A stretch of DNA of 64,000 nt, from the IMG/VR virus record IMGVR_UViG_3300046786_000272, positions 14,062 through 78,061 of that record; one strand, 5' to 3'. Source of the stretch: a virus. Lineage: Duplodnaviria; Heunggongvirae; Uroviricota; Caudoviricetes. A model generated the notes under the pieces. It searched no databases. It was not told the origin of the DNA and was given only the letters and a program-made list of their open reading frames with translations. Shown piece by piece: positions 29,304-38,573 of the stretch. Each line of letters opens with the position of its first letter. Position 1 is the stretch's first letter. The position numbers and the translations under genes were made by a program.

Positions 29304-30302
29304 ATGAAATACGCACTCATTGACACAGCAAACACATTCTTTCGTGCCCGTCACGTTGCATCACGCAATGCAGACACATGGGAGAAGATCGGTATGGCTC
29401 TACATCTTACATTGGCTAGCGTCAATCAAGCTGTCAGACGTTATGGTATTGACCACGTAGTATTTTGCTTGGAGGGTCGAAGCTGGCGTAAGGACGTATA
29501 CGAGCCTTACAAGAAAAATCGCATCGTTGATGCAATGTCAGTGACTGAGGCTGAGAAGGAAGAATCGGAAATGTTTTGGCAAACATACGAAGCCTTCACT
29601 ACATACATCAAAGAAAAGACCAATGTTTCTGTACTCAGACACGAACAAGCTGAGGCAGATGATTTGATTGCACGTTTTATTCATCTACACCCAAATGACA
29701 CGCACTACATTATTTCTACTGATTCTGATTATGTACAACTTATCAATGACACAGTGTTCCAGTACAATGGTGTCACAAACGAGCTTATCACCCTCAACGG
29801 TTACTTCAAAGAAAATGGTAAGCCTGTATTAGACAAGGAAAAGAATCCTAAGTTGCTAGAAAGCCCCGAGTATTTGCTATTCAAAAAAATCGTGCGTGGT
29901 GACGCAGGCGACAACGTATTCAGTGCATACCCAGGTGTTCGTGAAACTGGTACTAAGAATAAAGTTGGTATTCGTGAAGCGTTTGAGGATCGCAATAATC
30001 AAGGCTTTAACTGGAATAACTTCATGTTGCAAAAGTGGGTCGACCATAATGATGTTGAAATCTGTGTGCGTGATGCATATAATCGCAATAAAATGTTGAT
30101 TGACTTGAAAGCACAGCCCGAAGATATTAAACAAAAAGTTGACCAGCGTATTCGTGAATCTGTACGCATTAAAACTACTCCTCATGTCGGAATCCATTTT
30201 ATGAAACTTTGTGGCAAATATGAACTTACGAAAATCTCTCAGCAAGCTGACTCTTATACTGCATGGCTTAATACACCGTATCAAGGGAACGTACATGAAT
30301 GA
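29304..30302 (+). CDS. 5'-3' exonuclease / flap endonuclease (T4 RNase H homologue)
   Basis: CLEGRSWRKDVYEPYKKNR, AEADDLIAR, ISTDSDYVQL align to T4 RNase H CIDNAKSGYWRRDFAYYYKKNR / YEADDHIAV / ISSDGDFTQL. Confidence 0.85.
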   Translation: MKYALIDTANTFFRARHVASRNADTWEKIGMALHLTLASVNQAVRRYGIDHVVFCLEGRSWRKDVYEPYKKNRIVDAMSVTEAEKEESEMFWQTYEAFTTYIKEKTNVSVLRHEQAEADDLIARFIHLHPNDTHYIISTDSDYVQLINDTVFQYNGVTNELITLNGYFKENGKPVLDKEKNPKLLESPEYLLFKKIVRGDAGDNVFSAYPGVRETGTKNKVGIREAFEDRNNQGFNWNNFMLQKWVDHNDVEICVRDAYNRNKMLIDLKAQPEDIKQKVDQRIRESVRIKTTPHVGIHFMKLCGKYELTKISQQADSYTAWLNTPYQGNVHE

Positions 30303-30531
30303 TTTAATTGAGAAGCAATTATACTTGGGTATCGTTGCGGTTCTCAAGGATGATAAACTCTATTACGAATCTAACATTGGTGGTAAAGGTGCCTACAATC
30401 ATTTTCGTGACGGTGGTGAAGAGGCATTGATTACATACATTACTGCAATGGCTCCACTCATTCTAAAAAATGAACGTGAGAAACTTGACAAACGTGCTAA
30501 ACAATTGATGTGGGAAGAGTTGAAGAAATGA
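30297..30531 (+). CDS. hypothetical protein (78 aa)
   Basis: ATGAATGA overlap with the upstream stop. Confidence 0.45.
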
Positions 30532-30755
30532 CATTCACTGTACAAGAAAATCGTATCAAAGAGATTCGTCAAGACGATGCTCATTTTAGAATGATTGATG
30601 GTATCAAAATGGTACCACGTGCTGGAATTGAAATTTCTAAAAGTTGTCCATATAACTATCAACAAATTCTAGCCGATTGTATTGACCGAGGCTGGGTAAA
30701 GCCAGTCGCATATGTCAAGACTAAAGAACTGTTCTGGGAAGTATTGGGAGATTAA
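30522..30755 (+). CDS. hypothetical protein
   Basis: ORF; start overlaps the upstream gene. Confidence 0.4.
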   Translation, partial: EEMTFTVQENRIKEIRQDDAHFRMIDGIKMVPRAGIEISKSCPYNYQQILADCIDRGWVKPVAYVKTKELFWEVLGD

Positions 30756-30756
30756 T

Positions 30757-30993
30757 ATGAATGATAAAGAAATTAGAATTGACGGCCTCACTGCCGAACA
30801 AGTGCAAATGCTTGACATGATGTGGTCAATTGAATCTTACCAAGACTATCAAGATTGGATCGACAACCTAACGCACGAAGATGCGGTGATGGCTCAAGAG
30901 CTACAGGATCTATTAATGATAGAAATGTTTGAGCATGAACTAGATGATGATGTTGGTATTGCTAAAGAATATTTGAAAAAATTTCAACTATGA
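30757..30993 (+). CDS. hypothetical protein
   Basis: TAATATG junction; ATGA overlap downstream. Confidence 0.45.
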   Translation: MNDKEIRIDGLTAEQVQMLDMMWSIESYQDYQDWIDNLTHEDAVMAQELQDLLMIEMFEHELDDDVGIAKEYLKKFQL

Positions 30994-31451
30994 AGAAGAT
31001 ATATTATGAAAAAGTTGGACGCAAATATGTCCCGGTTGCGGAATATGACAGTGATTACATGGATAGCTTTCCAAAAGGTAATCATTTGGTTATGTGCTAT
31101 CCCGGAGGCACTAGTCGCAGGTTTAATGTTGATCCTAACTATGCCGCGATGATTGCCGCGGCCCGTGTTGCTGAGGATGTTATCTGTAGAGAGATTAGTA
31201 AAGCAAGCGAACTTAGACCACAGCGCACCCTACTCACGGAAGGTCAAAAGAAAGCATGGACAAAGTTAGCTAAGGAATTCGGAGACGAACTTGCCACACT
31301 TCATGGATTATGTATTCGTGATTGTGCAGAAGCAGGTGTTAAAGCAATGATGGAAGAAGCTGACAAATTAATGACAAACCCATCTGTCAAAAAAGCTTAT
31401 GAGCACTTCCAATTGGTTTGTGAATTAACAAAGGAAAATCAACATGATTAA
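30990..31451 (+). CDS. hypothetical protein (153 aa)
   Basis: ORF. Confidence 0.5.
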   Translation: MKKIYYEKVGRKYVPVAEYDSDYMDSFPKGNHLVMCYPGGTSRRFNVDPNYAAMIAAARVAEDVICREISKASELRPQRTLLTEGQKKAWTKLAKEFGDELATLHGLCIRDCAEAGVKAMMEEADKLMTNPSVKKAYEHFQLVCELTKENQHD

Positions 31452-31620
31452 GGTAATTTTAGCGTTTGTAGTACTTTTTGTTCTATTTTTTGCGGGCATT
31501 ACGCTAGCCCGAAATATGACAGGAAAAGAAGCACTGGCCTTGACAAAAATGCTAGGGTATAGTATAATTTGTACTGTACTGACAATTGCAGTATTAATTT
31601 CAATCGTTGTAATTTTTTAA
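31444..31620 (+). CDS. small two-TM membrane protein (58 aa), not in ORF track
   Basis: ATG 31444 overlaps the upstream stop; hydrophobic VILAFVVLFVLFFAGI and IICTVLTIAVLISIVVIF. Contains an internal TTGACA-18-TATAAT (31540..31569) that may instead be the promoter of the next gene. Confidence 0.35.
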   Translation: MIKVILAFVVLFVLFFAGITLARNMTGKEALALTKMLGYSIICTVLTIAVLISIVVIF

Positions 31621-31628
31621 GGATACAC

Positions 31629-32441
31629 ATGAAAAACGTTTTTAAACTCTCCGCTATCGTTGCCCTCGTGGCATTGGCAACTGGTTGTACCCGTATTGAG
31701 ACAGGTGAAGTTGGTCTTCGCCGTGGCTTTGATAAACAGGTGTCTGGTCAAGAACTGTTGCCTGGTTCGTTCAATCAAGTGATTGTTGGTGAAGTGCTTA
31801 CATTCCCAATCAAGGATGTTACTGTTAAGGTTGAGGACATGACTCCATTGGCTAAAGACAATAGCACAATGAAAGATTTTGACGCATTGGTTGTTTACAA
31901 CATCAATCAAGCTAATGTCAGTGACCTGTACAATACCAAGAACAAAAGCTTTCACGCCAATCATGGTGGTGATGTTTATTTGATGTACAATTACATTTTT
32001 AACGCAACACGTAATGCTATTTACAAGGCTTCACGTAAATACGAAGCACTGGACATGGCTGATAATCGTCAGTCTATGGAAGCAGATATCCGAGATATCG
32101 TTATCAAAACACTTGCAGAAGAAAAACTTGATGGCATGATTAATGTTAGCCAAGTATTGATTCGTAACATTGTACCAGCTGATGCTATCGTTGCTAGTGC
32201 TAACGAATTGGTCAAAGCCAAGAATGAATTGAAACAAAAAGAAGTTGAAGTTGCAACCGCTCAAGCAGAAGCCCGTCGTATTGCCGCACTGAACAGTAAT
32301 GCAGGTGCTATTCAATACATGGATGCTCAGGCTCGTATGAAGCAAGCTGATGCATCCCTCAAAGTAGCAGAAGCTATTGCATCATTCAAGGGTCAGACTC
32401 TTGTTATTGGTGCTGGCGCTAACGTCAACGTAGGTAAGTAA
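31629..32441 (+). CDS. SPFH/band-7 (stomatin/prohibitin-like) domain lipoprotein
   Basis: MKNVFKLSAIVALVALATGC lipoprotein signal (lipobox LATG|C); coiled AQAEARRIAALN region typical of SPFH. ATG at 31629 with AAGGA RBS preferred over the listed 31569 start. Confidence 0.7.
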   Translation: MKNVFKLSAIVALVALATGCTRIETGEVGLRRGFDKQVSGQELLPGSFNQVIVGEVLTFPIKDVTVKVEDMTPLAKDNSTMKDFDALVVYNINQANVSDLYNTKNKSFHANHGGDVYLMYNYIFNATRNAIYKASRKYEALDMADNRQSMEADIRDIVIKTLAEEKLDGMINVSQVLIRNIVPADAIVASANELVKAKNELKQKEVEVATAQAEARRIAALNSNAGAIQYMDAQARMKQADASLKVAEAIASFKGQTLVIGAGANVNVGK

Positions 32442-32443
32442 TT

Positions 32444-32563
32444 ATGATGTCCCTGAATGAATTCAGTATGTTTGTCACTGGAGTATTCTGGGGCATCTTT
32501 ATTATCAAGCCATTATGGGACATAGTGGCTAAGATTTACAAAAACGCTAAGGAAAGAACATGA
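32444..32563 (+). CDS. small membrane protein (39 aa), not in ORF track
   Basis: TAATTATG junction; hydrophobic FVTGVFWGIFIIKPLW; ATGA overlap downstream. Confidence 0.3.
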   Translation: MMSLNEFSMFVTGVFWGIFIIKPLWDIVAKIYKNAKERT

Positions 32564-32727
32564 ACAAATTTCGTGAATGGTATACTAGAAACAGTAATGA
32601 GATTACTTGGTTTCTTATAGGTATCTTGACTATCGGTGGACTTGAATCACTGGTGCGTGAACAATACGGGAACGCCGCATTGAGTTTCGGTATCGCATAT
32701 CTTAATTACTTGATGAACAAGCGATGA
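32560..32727 (+). CDS. small membrane protein (55 aa), not in ORF track
   Basis: ATGA overlaps on both sides; TM segment WFLIGILTIGGL. Confidence 0.35.
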   Translation: MNKFREWYTRNSNEITWFLIGILTIGGLESLVREQYGNAALSFGIAYLNYLMNKR

Positions 32728-33047
32728 ACAATTTACCAAACAAGTTTCGCCCTAGCTCGGCAATGGATACTAAGAGTATCATGCGTGAGCGCCGAAAGTA
32801 TGGTGCATGTCTGGGGAACTACAATTGGCAAAGTCGTATTGAATGGTACCCAGTTGGGTTTAAAACCAATCATAAAACAATCTTTAAACAGTTTGGCAAA
32901 CTTCACTATCTTGCTTGTCACAGCCCTGAGACAATACAAAAGAAGTGGCAGAGTGCATACAACAACTTTCACACGAAACACTTTGGTACATTTAAAGGTG
33001 CGAGTATTCGTTACCTTAATAAATACTCCTGTCACAGTTGGTTATGA
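32724..33047 (+). CDS. hypothetical protein (107 aa)
   Basis: ATGA overlap; the opposite-strand ORF 32733..33035 is judged a shadow. Confidence 0.45.
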   Translation: MNNLPNKFRPSSAMDTKSIMRERRKYGACLGNYNWQSRIEWYPVGFKTNHKTIFKQFGKLHYLACHSPETIQKKWQSAYNNFHTKHFGTFKGASIRYLNKYSCHSWL

Positions 33048-33280
33048 ACTTAGCAGAATATTTTAAACTAAACCGATATCAAGCAAAATATGATATCGGT
33101 GATCGCATTTTTGGCAAATGGAATAAGATTCCGTTTGTGGGTACGGTCGGTAATGATACATTGATTAACGAGATTGAAGGTCCTCGTATAAGTGTGCATT
33201 TAGATTTACCAATTAAGTATCAAGACAAAATATATACTGTTATAATCGTAAAACATAAGGATGTAAAATTATACAAATAG
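33038..33280 (+). CDS. hypothetical protein (80 aa)
   Basis: ORF overlapping the upstream stop. Confidence 0.45.
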   Translation: MVMNLAEYFKLNRYQAKYDIGDRIFGKWNKIPFVGTVGNDTLINEIEGPRISVHLDLPIKYQDKIYTVIIVKHKDVKLYK

Positions 33281-33289
33281 GAACATTGA

Positions 33290-33511
33290 ATGAACGATAA
33301 AATAAGAATTATAAAAGAAAACGCTATCACAGAATCCACATCAACTACAGATTTTCCATGGGAATTGTTTGCTGAAATGTTGATTAAAGAATGTGCAACA
33401 GTTGTTAGGAATACGGGCACCCAGTGTGCCTTTACTACCTATGACCTAGTAACAGTTAAATGCACGATTGATAAATGTGCCGAGACACTTGAGAATTACT
33501 TTAAGGAATAA
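33290..33511 (+). CDS. hypothetical protein (73 aa)
   Basis: ORF. Confidence 0.45.
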   Translation: MNDKIRIIKENAITESTSTTDFPWELFAEMLIKECATVVRNTGTQCAFTTYDLVTVKCTIDKCAETLENYFKE

Positions 33512-33512
33512 T

Positions 33513-33974
33513 ATGTCTAATCTAATTGCGAAACCAGTAGTTAAAGATCAGTTTTGGATTGTTACTAATGGTAGCGAGAAAGTTGGCAATGTAGTAGCCA
33601 ATGGTTCTGGCTTTGAATTGAAACTAAACGGTAGCAAGTCACAGCATAAGAATACAAACGCTATTAAGAAATATGGCAAGATTGAGTTCGCTAGTGAAAA
33701 GTACACTGGGAAGTCAAAACAAGACTTGCCGTTTTCTGATTATCCTACAACAAAGAAGATACACAATTCTGTATTAGATATCAAGCGTAAACTGCATTTG
33801 TTTACAAAAACTTTAAAGAGTAAATGTTATTATGCGGCAGGTTGGTATGTGTTAAAACAAGGTAACACAAATGAAATCGCATTCTGCCCTAAATACATCT
33901 TTATTCAACGATATGAGTACTTAGGCCCTTATAAAACAGAAGATGAAGCTAAAAATGTGATAAATAGTCTATGA
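33513..33974 (+). CDS. hypothetical protein (153 aa)
   Basis: ATG at 33513 after AAGGAATAATATG; in frame with listed ORF 33468..33974. Confidence 0.5.
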   Translation: MSNLIAKPVVKDQFWIVTNGSEKVGNVVANGSGFELKLNGSKSQHKNTNAIKKYGKIEFASEKYTGKSKQDLPFSDYPTTKKIHNSVLDIKRKLHLFTKTLKSKCYYAAGWYVLKQGNTNEIAFCPKYIFIQRYEYLGPYKTEDEAKNVINSL

Positions 33975-34174
33975 TTAATATTAAACGTTTCATAGAAAAA
34001 GTATCGTATACTGAAGGAAGACAAGGGAAAGATGTTGTTATCCCTATAAGTGAGGCTCGAATCTTGCGTGACGAGTTAGCAATGATATTAGTTGACCTCC
34101 ACGATACAAGTAAAAACGAAAACACGGCACCGGAACAGGTAATTCAAGTAGAAGTTACCGGCGGTAAATTTTAA
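33971..34174 (+). CDS. hypothetical protein (67 aa)
   Basis: ATGA overlap. Confidence 0.45.
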   Translation: MINIKRFIEKVSYTEGRQGKDVVIPISEARILRDELAMILVDLHDTSKNENTAPEQVIQVEVTGGKF

Positions 34175-34467
34175 TGAGCAGAACACAACCCAAAGTACTA
34201 CTTGAACTAGTAGATAAAGTGACTTACAAATGCGACCAGATTGTGGAAGCATCTGGTATTTGGGCCGTGTTTTATGATGGCCAGCCTATCAACCTCAAGT
34301 CACAACACTATCTAGACAACGAAGCAACACCTAAGTACAAAAAGACTAGCTTTAGCAATCCTGGTCATGCCAGAAATCTTTGCAGAAAATTAAACCTGCA
34401 GTTTAAAACAAACAAATTTACAGTTGTCTTTATGAACTCGGGTAGAGTCGTCTACCCAGATGAGTAA
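34174..34467 (+). CDS. hypothetical protein (97 aa)
   Basis: TAATG overlap. Confidence 0.45.
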   Translation: MSRTQPKVLLELVDKVTYKCDQIVEASGIWAVFYDGQPINLKSQHYLDNEATPKYKKTSFSNPGHARNLCRKLNLQFKTNKFTVVFMNSGRVVYPDE

Positions 34468-34864
34468 TAAAAAGTCCCTAAAAGAAGTTATCACTGAGGC
34501 TGTGCAAGGTCAGTTGCCAGCCATTGCACATGACCGTGTTAGCACTGTAGATAGTATACTCACTAAATGGTGGGCTAGTGGTAGACAAGACGGATTACGC
34601 CTTACTGAATGGGGCGACATGAATTTCAGATTAGCTGAGATTGAATACTATCAAGCAGACTTTAAATTGCGTGAAGGCACTAGTCATCACGCATACCTAC
34701 TTGAGCTAAACAAAAAAATCAAATGTCCTTACTATCTCGGTGTAAATAAAGAAAGTAAGAATAAACAAACGTATATTAGATTCTATGACAGCAAGATTGC
34801 TATGATGGTAGAATTGTACGGAAGTCTCAATGATTACTTAGATTCCATAAAGGTAAAAAGATGA
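34460..34864 (+). CDS. hypothetical protein (134 aa)
   Basis: ORF. Confidence 0.5.
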   Translation: MSNKKSLKEVITEAVQGQLPAIAHDRVSTVDSILTKWWASGRQDGLRLTEWGDMNFRLAEIEYYQADFKLREGTSHHAYLLELNKKIKCPYYLGVNKESKNKQTYIRFYDSKIAMMVELYGSLNDYLDSIKVKR

Positions 34865-35031
34865 CAGAAAAGAAAAACCCAAATCCATTCATCAGAATGG
34901 CACAAGAAGCAAAAGAACGTGCTACTAAAATTACCCCTGAAAAAGCACAGCAAATACAGAAAGCTAAAGCACCTAAACCAAGTAAAGGTTTTGGGTCAAG
35001 TGTAATGCGAAAAACTGGGCGTGGTGGTTAA
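34861..35031 (+). CDS. small basic protein (56 aa), not in ORF track
   Basis: ATGA overlap with the upstream gene; K/R-rich (..KAKAPKPSKGFGSSVMRKTGRGG). Confidence 0.35.
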   Translation: MTEKKNPNPFIRMAQEAKERATKITPEKAQQIQKAKAPKPSKGFGSSVMRKTGRGG

Positions 35032-35113
35032 TAACTTGTCAACGAATACAAGAGCTACCGCGTTATATATATGTAGACACAAATTGTTCTACTTAACTTA
35101 AAGGAAACTTAAA

Positions 35114-35389
35114 ATGAAATCAGTCGCAACACTTATCGCTACTTTGGTAGCAACAGCATCTTTCGCCGCAGAACCTGCTAAGGCTCCTGTAGCACCAGCA
35201 ACACCAGCTCCGGCAGCATCTGCACCAGCACCCGCTAAAGCAGAAGCACCTAAGACTGAAATGAAGTTGGCTAAGAAGAAGGAAGACAAGGCTGCCCCCA
35301 AAGCAGAGGCCACTAAAAGTACCCCTGCCAAGACAGAAGCGGCACCAGCAACACCTGCTCCAAAAGCAGACGCCAAACCAGCTAAGTGA
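35114..35389 (+). CDS. secreted Ala/Pro/Lys-rich low-complexity protein (AlgP/histone-H1-like repeats) with signal peptide
   Basis: AAGGAAACTTAAAATG RBS; MKSVATLIATLVATASFA|AEP signal peptide; APAxxAPA/KAEAPK repeats; locally GC-rich. Confidence 0.6.
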   Translation: MKSVATLIATLVATASFAAEPAKAPVAPATPAPAASAPAPAKAEAPKTEMKLAKKKEDKAAPKAEATKSTPAKTEAAPATPAPKADAKPAK

Positions 35390-35426
35390 AGTAGATGACA
35401 ATGATGGTCCCGATGTAGTTGAAATA

Positions 35427-35570
35427 GACATGCATCGGGGCTATAGTCGCCCCAAACTAGTCCCGGTTAATCTTTGGGATGATGATGCGGAATTACCCGA
35501 AAGAATCACAAAAAGGTTAGCTGAGATTAGAGACCAAGCTCTACAAAAATACCGAGAAAGTATGTTATAA
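35427..35570 (+). CDS. possible small ORF (47 aa), not in ORF track
   Basis: Open frame ATG 35427 to TAA 35568; no clear RBS. Confidence 0.2.
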   Translation, partial: DMHRGYSRPKLVPVNLWDDDAELPERITKRLAEIRDQALQKYRESML

Positions 35571-35650
35571 TCTATTCGTAGGTGATAAATACTTTCAGAG
35601 TTAGTCCTCTCTATAAAAGGGCAACACTTAAACACACACAGGAGAAAATT

Positions 35651-35920
35651 ATGTTTAATCAATACGCATTCCAGGCCGTCGACGCCGTTCAAAACGCAAA
35701 GAAACAATTCGTTTCTACATTCGTTCAACACGAACAATTCGCTAAAGTACTCAACGGTTTCGTTGATGCTCAAGCGGCATATACCAAAGAAGCAATCACA
35801 GCAGGTTCTGTAGCCGTATCAGGCGTACAAGGAATCTTGACCGATCGCACACCTTATGTTAAGTTTGCGGAGAAGATTCAGTCTTACTTCCCAACATCTA
35901 CAAACAAGAAGGCTAAGTAA
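35651..35920 (+). CDS. hypothetical protein, phasin-like helical (89 aa)
   Basis: AGGAGAAAATTATG RBS; MFNQYAFQAVDAVQNAKKQF.. helical; the listed 35582 start lacks an RBS. Confidence 0.5.
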   Translation: MFNQYAFQAVDAVQNAKKQFVSTFVQHEQFAKVLNGFVDAQAAYTKEAITAGSVAVSGVQGILTDRTPYVKFAEKIQSYFPTSTNKKAK

Positions 35921-35921
35921 T

Positions 35922-36119
35922 ATGATTAGCATTTTGTTAACGATATGCGGTTTAGCTGTTGTAGGCATCGTAGGCCCATTAGTTGCAATGGCTAGTGAAT
36001 CTAACACATATGGTTCTAGATTAGAAGAATACATTGTCAGCAAAAATCCACAAGACACAGCGGATGTTGAACGTCTAGCTAGAGAATATGACTTAGCTGT
36101 TAATAGGAGGTTCCTATGA
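35922..36119 (+). CDS. small membrane protein (65 aa)
   Basis: TAATATG junction; TM ISILLTICGLAVVGIVGPLVAMA. Confidence 0.45.
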   Translation: MISILLTICGLAVVGIVGPLVAMASESNTYGSRLEEYIVSKNPQDTADVERLAREYDLAVNRRFL

Positions 36120-36340
36120 TTAACAAAATCAAGCAACTCTTACTAAACGTACTTGAGGCTATTCAGTCTATTAAAGAATACAAAGCGAGTAAGTTAAAAT
36201 GAACCAATGGCAACCAATGACTGACGAAGATTGGGAATGGGTTAATCATGGTACACTACCAGCTAAGTTACCAAAACCAATTGACAATCAACCTAAACCA
36301 GCATACAATTAATACACATACACTTTTTTAAGGAAATAAA

Positions 36341-36610
36341 ATGACAGACTTTACACCAAAAGTACCCGAAGTTAAATTTAACAAAAACGGTTACGAAATT
36401 CGTTCAGATATCTTGGCACTAGCTAAAGATGTAGTACAACAAGAATATCAAATGAAATTCCAGGGTTGGGAATTAAGCGCACAACGTGACGAGAAAACAG
36501 GACAACTTATTTCTACAGTTACAATGCCTGAGTTTCCAGGTCTAGACAAGATCCTTGAGACTGCTGAAAAGATGTATGGTTTTGTAAACCAAGCTTCTAC
36601 TAAAAAGTAA
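36341..36610 (+). CDS. hypothetical protein (89 aa)
   Basis: AAGGAAATAAAATG RBS. Confidence 0.55.
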   Translation: MTDFTPKVPEVKFNKNGYEIRSDILALAKDVVQQEYQMKFQGWELSAQRDEKTGQLISTVTMPEFPGLDKILETAEKMYGFVNQASTKK

Positions 36611-36624
36611 TACTTAAGTAAAAC

Positions 36625-36653
36625 TTGACAATAAATCCATAGTGTGTGATAAT
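36625..36653 (+). promoter_or_regulatory. sigma70-like promoter TTGACAATAAAT..-GATAAT (variant of the repeated promoter family)
   Basis: TTGACA 36625-30, 17-nt spacer, GATAAT 36648-53. Confidence 0.5.
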
Positions 36654-36674
36654 TCAATATCACAGACACTATGG
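36637..36674. promoter_or_regulatory. imperfect palindrome CCATAGTGTGTG-N-CACAGACACTATGG overlapping the -10 and start site (operator candidate)
   Basis: Arms ccatagtgtgtg / cacagacactatgg are reverse complements except for 2 extra nt. Confidence 0.4.
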
Positions 36675-37924
36675 ATTTTCCTATGCGTATTTTAATTTGT
36701 TTTCTCGCTATTCTATTAACTGCATGCGGTGGGGGCGGTGGTGGATCCGGAACAGTTGCGCCATCTACTACCCCCGTTTCAACTTGCACACTTAAAACAT
36801 ATTCTACTAATTACCCTAGTCAATATCTAGGTTCTAATAGTATACCAACACCCACTCAACGTTTTGATTCTACTGTTAGTAGGATGATTGGATTGAAAGA
36901 TTATTATCCATACGAAAATAATGGTTGTGATAATTATGAATATACTAGACTATTGTATAAGAAAACATTAGATAGATTACAAACATTAGGAGTTGATACT
37001 GTTGAAATTTATCAATATGCTCCAGTTAATAATTTTAACGATACTATTTGGACTATTAATGAATCACGATTGCAAATACCTAAAGCTGAATTAGTTTGGT
37101 TCTTTCAAGAGGCACATCGTAGAAATTTAAAAGTAACATTAGTATGGCAATTATGGAATGTTGATTCTCAAAACAATTACATTAATACGACAAACCCCAC
37201 AGAAACTGATATGGTTAAAGTGTTGCGTGGATGGCGTGATGTTATTAAAGCAATGGCTGTGATTAGTGCTGAAAATCAAGTAGATAATTTATTGATTCAG
37301 TGGAGTGCATTTTACTATCCTGTAGTTAGAGATTATCCAGAAACCGCAACACGTGAATTTCTTTCTATTATCAGTGATATTAGAACCGTGTATTCAGGTA
37401 AACTGTTTATGGGTACTCCTAGATTCTATGACCGCCGCATTATCGAAAAAGTTGACGCTATCGTTATTCCATTGACTCCTAGTAATTGGTCGTACAATGA
37501 TGATACTAATATGTCAGTTAGTTTATTGCGTGACAGATATAGTGACGCAATTGCAGGGCATTATTTAGAATTCTCATTGTATTCAGGGATGAATCCTAGA
37601 GATATTCCTGTAATCTGGGATTTCAATATTCAAAGCCGTGACAAAGCATTAAGTCAGGGTTGGGTTGAAGATGGGTTTTGTGTTAATAATTGTATTCAAA
37701 ACACGTATGTAACTGATTTTAGTGTGCAAGCATTAGCGGTCGAGGGAGCTTTTCAGGCTATTAAAAACCAATCATATTTCAAAACATACGGGATTAACTT
37801 TAGTACAGGTTACTGGCATACTGATACTATGACCCCCGGAAATGAGGGTTATCCTAATATATCACAATCTATTAGAAATAAACCTGCAGAATCAATAGTT
37901 AAGCACTGGTATGCTAAATACTAG
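36671..37924 (+). CDS. lipoprotein (about 413 aa); possible glycoside-hydrolase-like fold but unassigned
   Basis: MRILICFLAILLTACGGGGGGSG lipoprotein signal (lipobox LLTA|C); the true start may be the Met at 36683. Confidence 0.6.
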   Translation: MDFPMRILICFLAILLTACGGGGGGSGTVAPSTTPVSTCTLKTYSTNYPSQYLGSNSIPTPTQRFDSTVSRMIGLKDYYPYENNGCDNYEYTRLLYKKTLDRLQTLGVDTVEIYQYAPVNNFNDTIWTINESRLQIPKAELVWFFQEAHRRNLKVTLVWQLWNVDSQNNYINTTNPTETDMVKVLRGWRDVIKAMAVISAENQVDNLLIQWSAFYYPVVRDYPETATREFLSIISDIRTVYSGKLFMGTPRFYDRRIIEKVDAIVIPLTPSNWSYNDDTNMSVSLLRDRYSDAIAGHYLEFSLYSGMNPRDIPVIWDFNIQSRDKALSQGWVEDGFCVNNCIQNTYVTDFSVQALAVEGAFQAIKNQSYFKTYGINFSTGYWHTDTMTPGNEGYPNISQSIRNKPAESIVKHWYAKY

Positions 37925-37927
37925 ACT

Positions 37928-38560
37928 ATGCAACAATATTCTATCATAACAATCAACGGCGCAAGTGGTCCTTTTATTTCAAATGTGTTTACACAATTAG
38001 GACTAACATGTGAGTATAATAACTACAGACCATTAGAATCTGAGGAATCTGCGGTTATTATATCTTATCAACATGGAACATTTGCTTGGGTAATGACCAG
38101 TCATTTTATAGATAATATATTAGAGCCCTATATTGATGGTGATACATCCATGTTTGAAGCTTGGGAAGAGCATTGGATTGGTCCTGATATTATAACTACT
38201 CCACTAGAAATTACGCCAGAATCTTGGGCTAAACATGTAATACGTAGTTATGACCATATTGGTAAATATGCTCCATTAAATGGTTTATATGAAGAAATAG
38301 AAAAGTCAATTAAAAATGATAATTGCGACAGATTCCATATTGAATTAGAAAATCTAATAATGAATCCAGAAAGCGTATTAAAATATATAGGCGAAATAAC
38401 CAGTCAGGATACTACTGATATCAAAGACCACTTTCTAGCAAACTGGGCCGCAACAAAAGAAAAAATGAAACCGTGGATGGATGCTATCATTGCAGAAAAT
38501 GACGGAACAACGGACTTGACAATAAATCACTTTGGGACTACAATACAGATTACAGTTTAA
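37928..38560 (+). CDS. hypothetical protein (210 aa)
   Basis: ORF. Confidence 0.5.
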   Translation: MQQYSIITINGASGPFISNVFTQLGLTCEYNNYRPLESEESAVIISYQHGTFAWVMTSHFIDNILEPYIDGDTSMFEAWEEHWIGPDIITTPLEITPESWAKHVIRSYDHIGKYAPLNGLYEEIEKSIKNDNCDRFHIELENLIMNPESVLKYIGEITSQDTTDIKDHFLANWAATKEKMKPWMDAIIAENDGTTDLTINHFGTTIQITV

Positions 38561-38573
38561 AAACAGGTGATCT

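Noticed and set aside
29877-30347. Minus-strand 156-aa ORF inside the RNase H/FEN gene
   Set aside because: Shadow of a well-supported plus-strand CDS.
35120-35431. Minus-strand 103-aa Cys/Trp/Arg-rich ORF (CFWSRCCWCRFC...)
   Set aside because: It is the antisense of the GC-rich Ala/Pro repeat gene 35114..35389. The repeat composition forces an open reverse frame, so it is a shadow ORF.
35441-35773. Minus-strand 110-aa ORF
   Set aside because: It broadly overlaps the RBS-equipped plus-strand phasin-like gene (35651..35920) and has no start context, so it is a shadow ORF.
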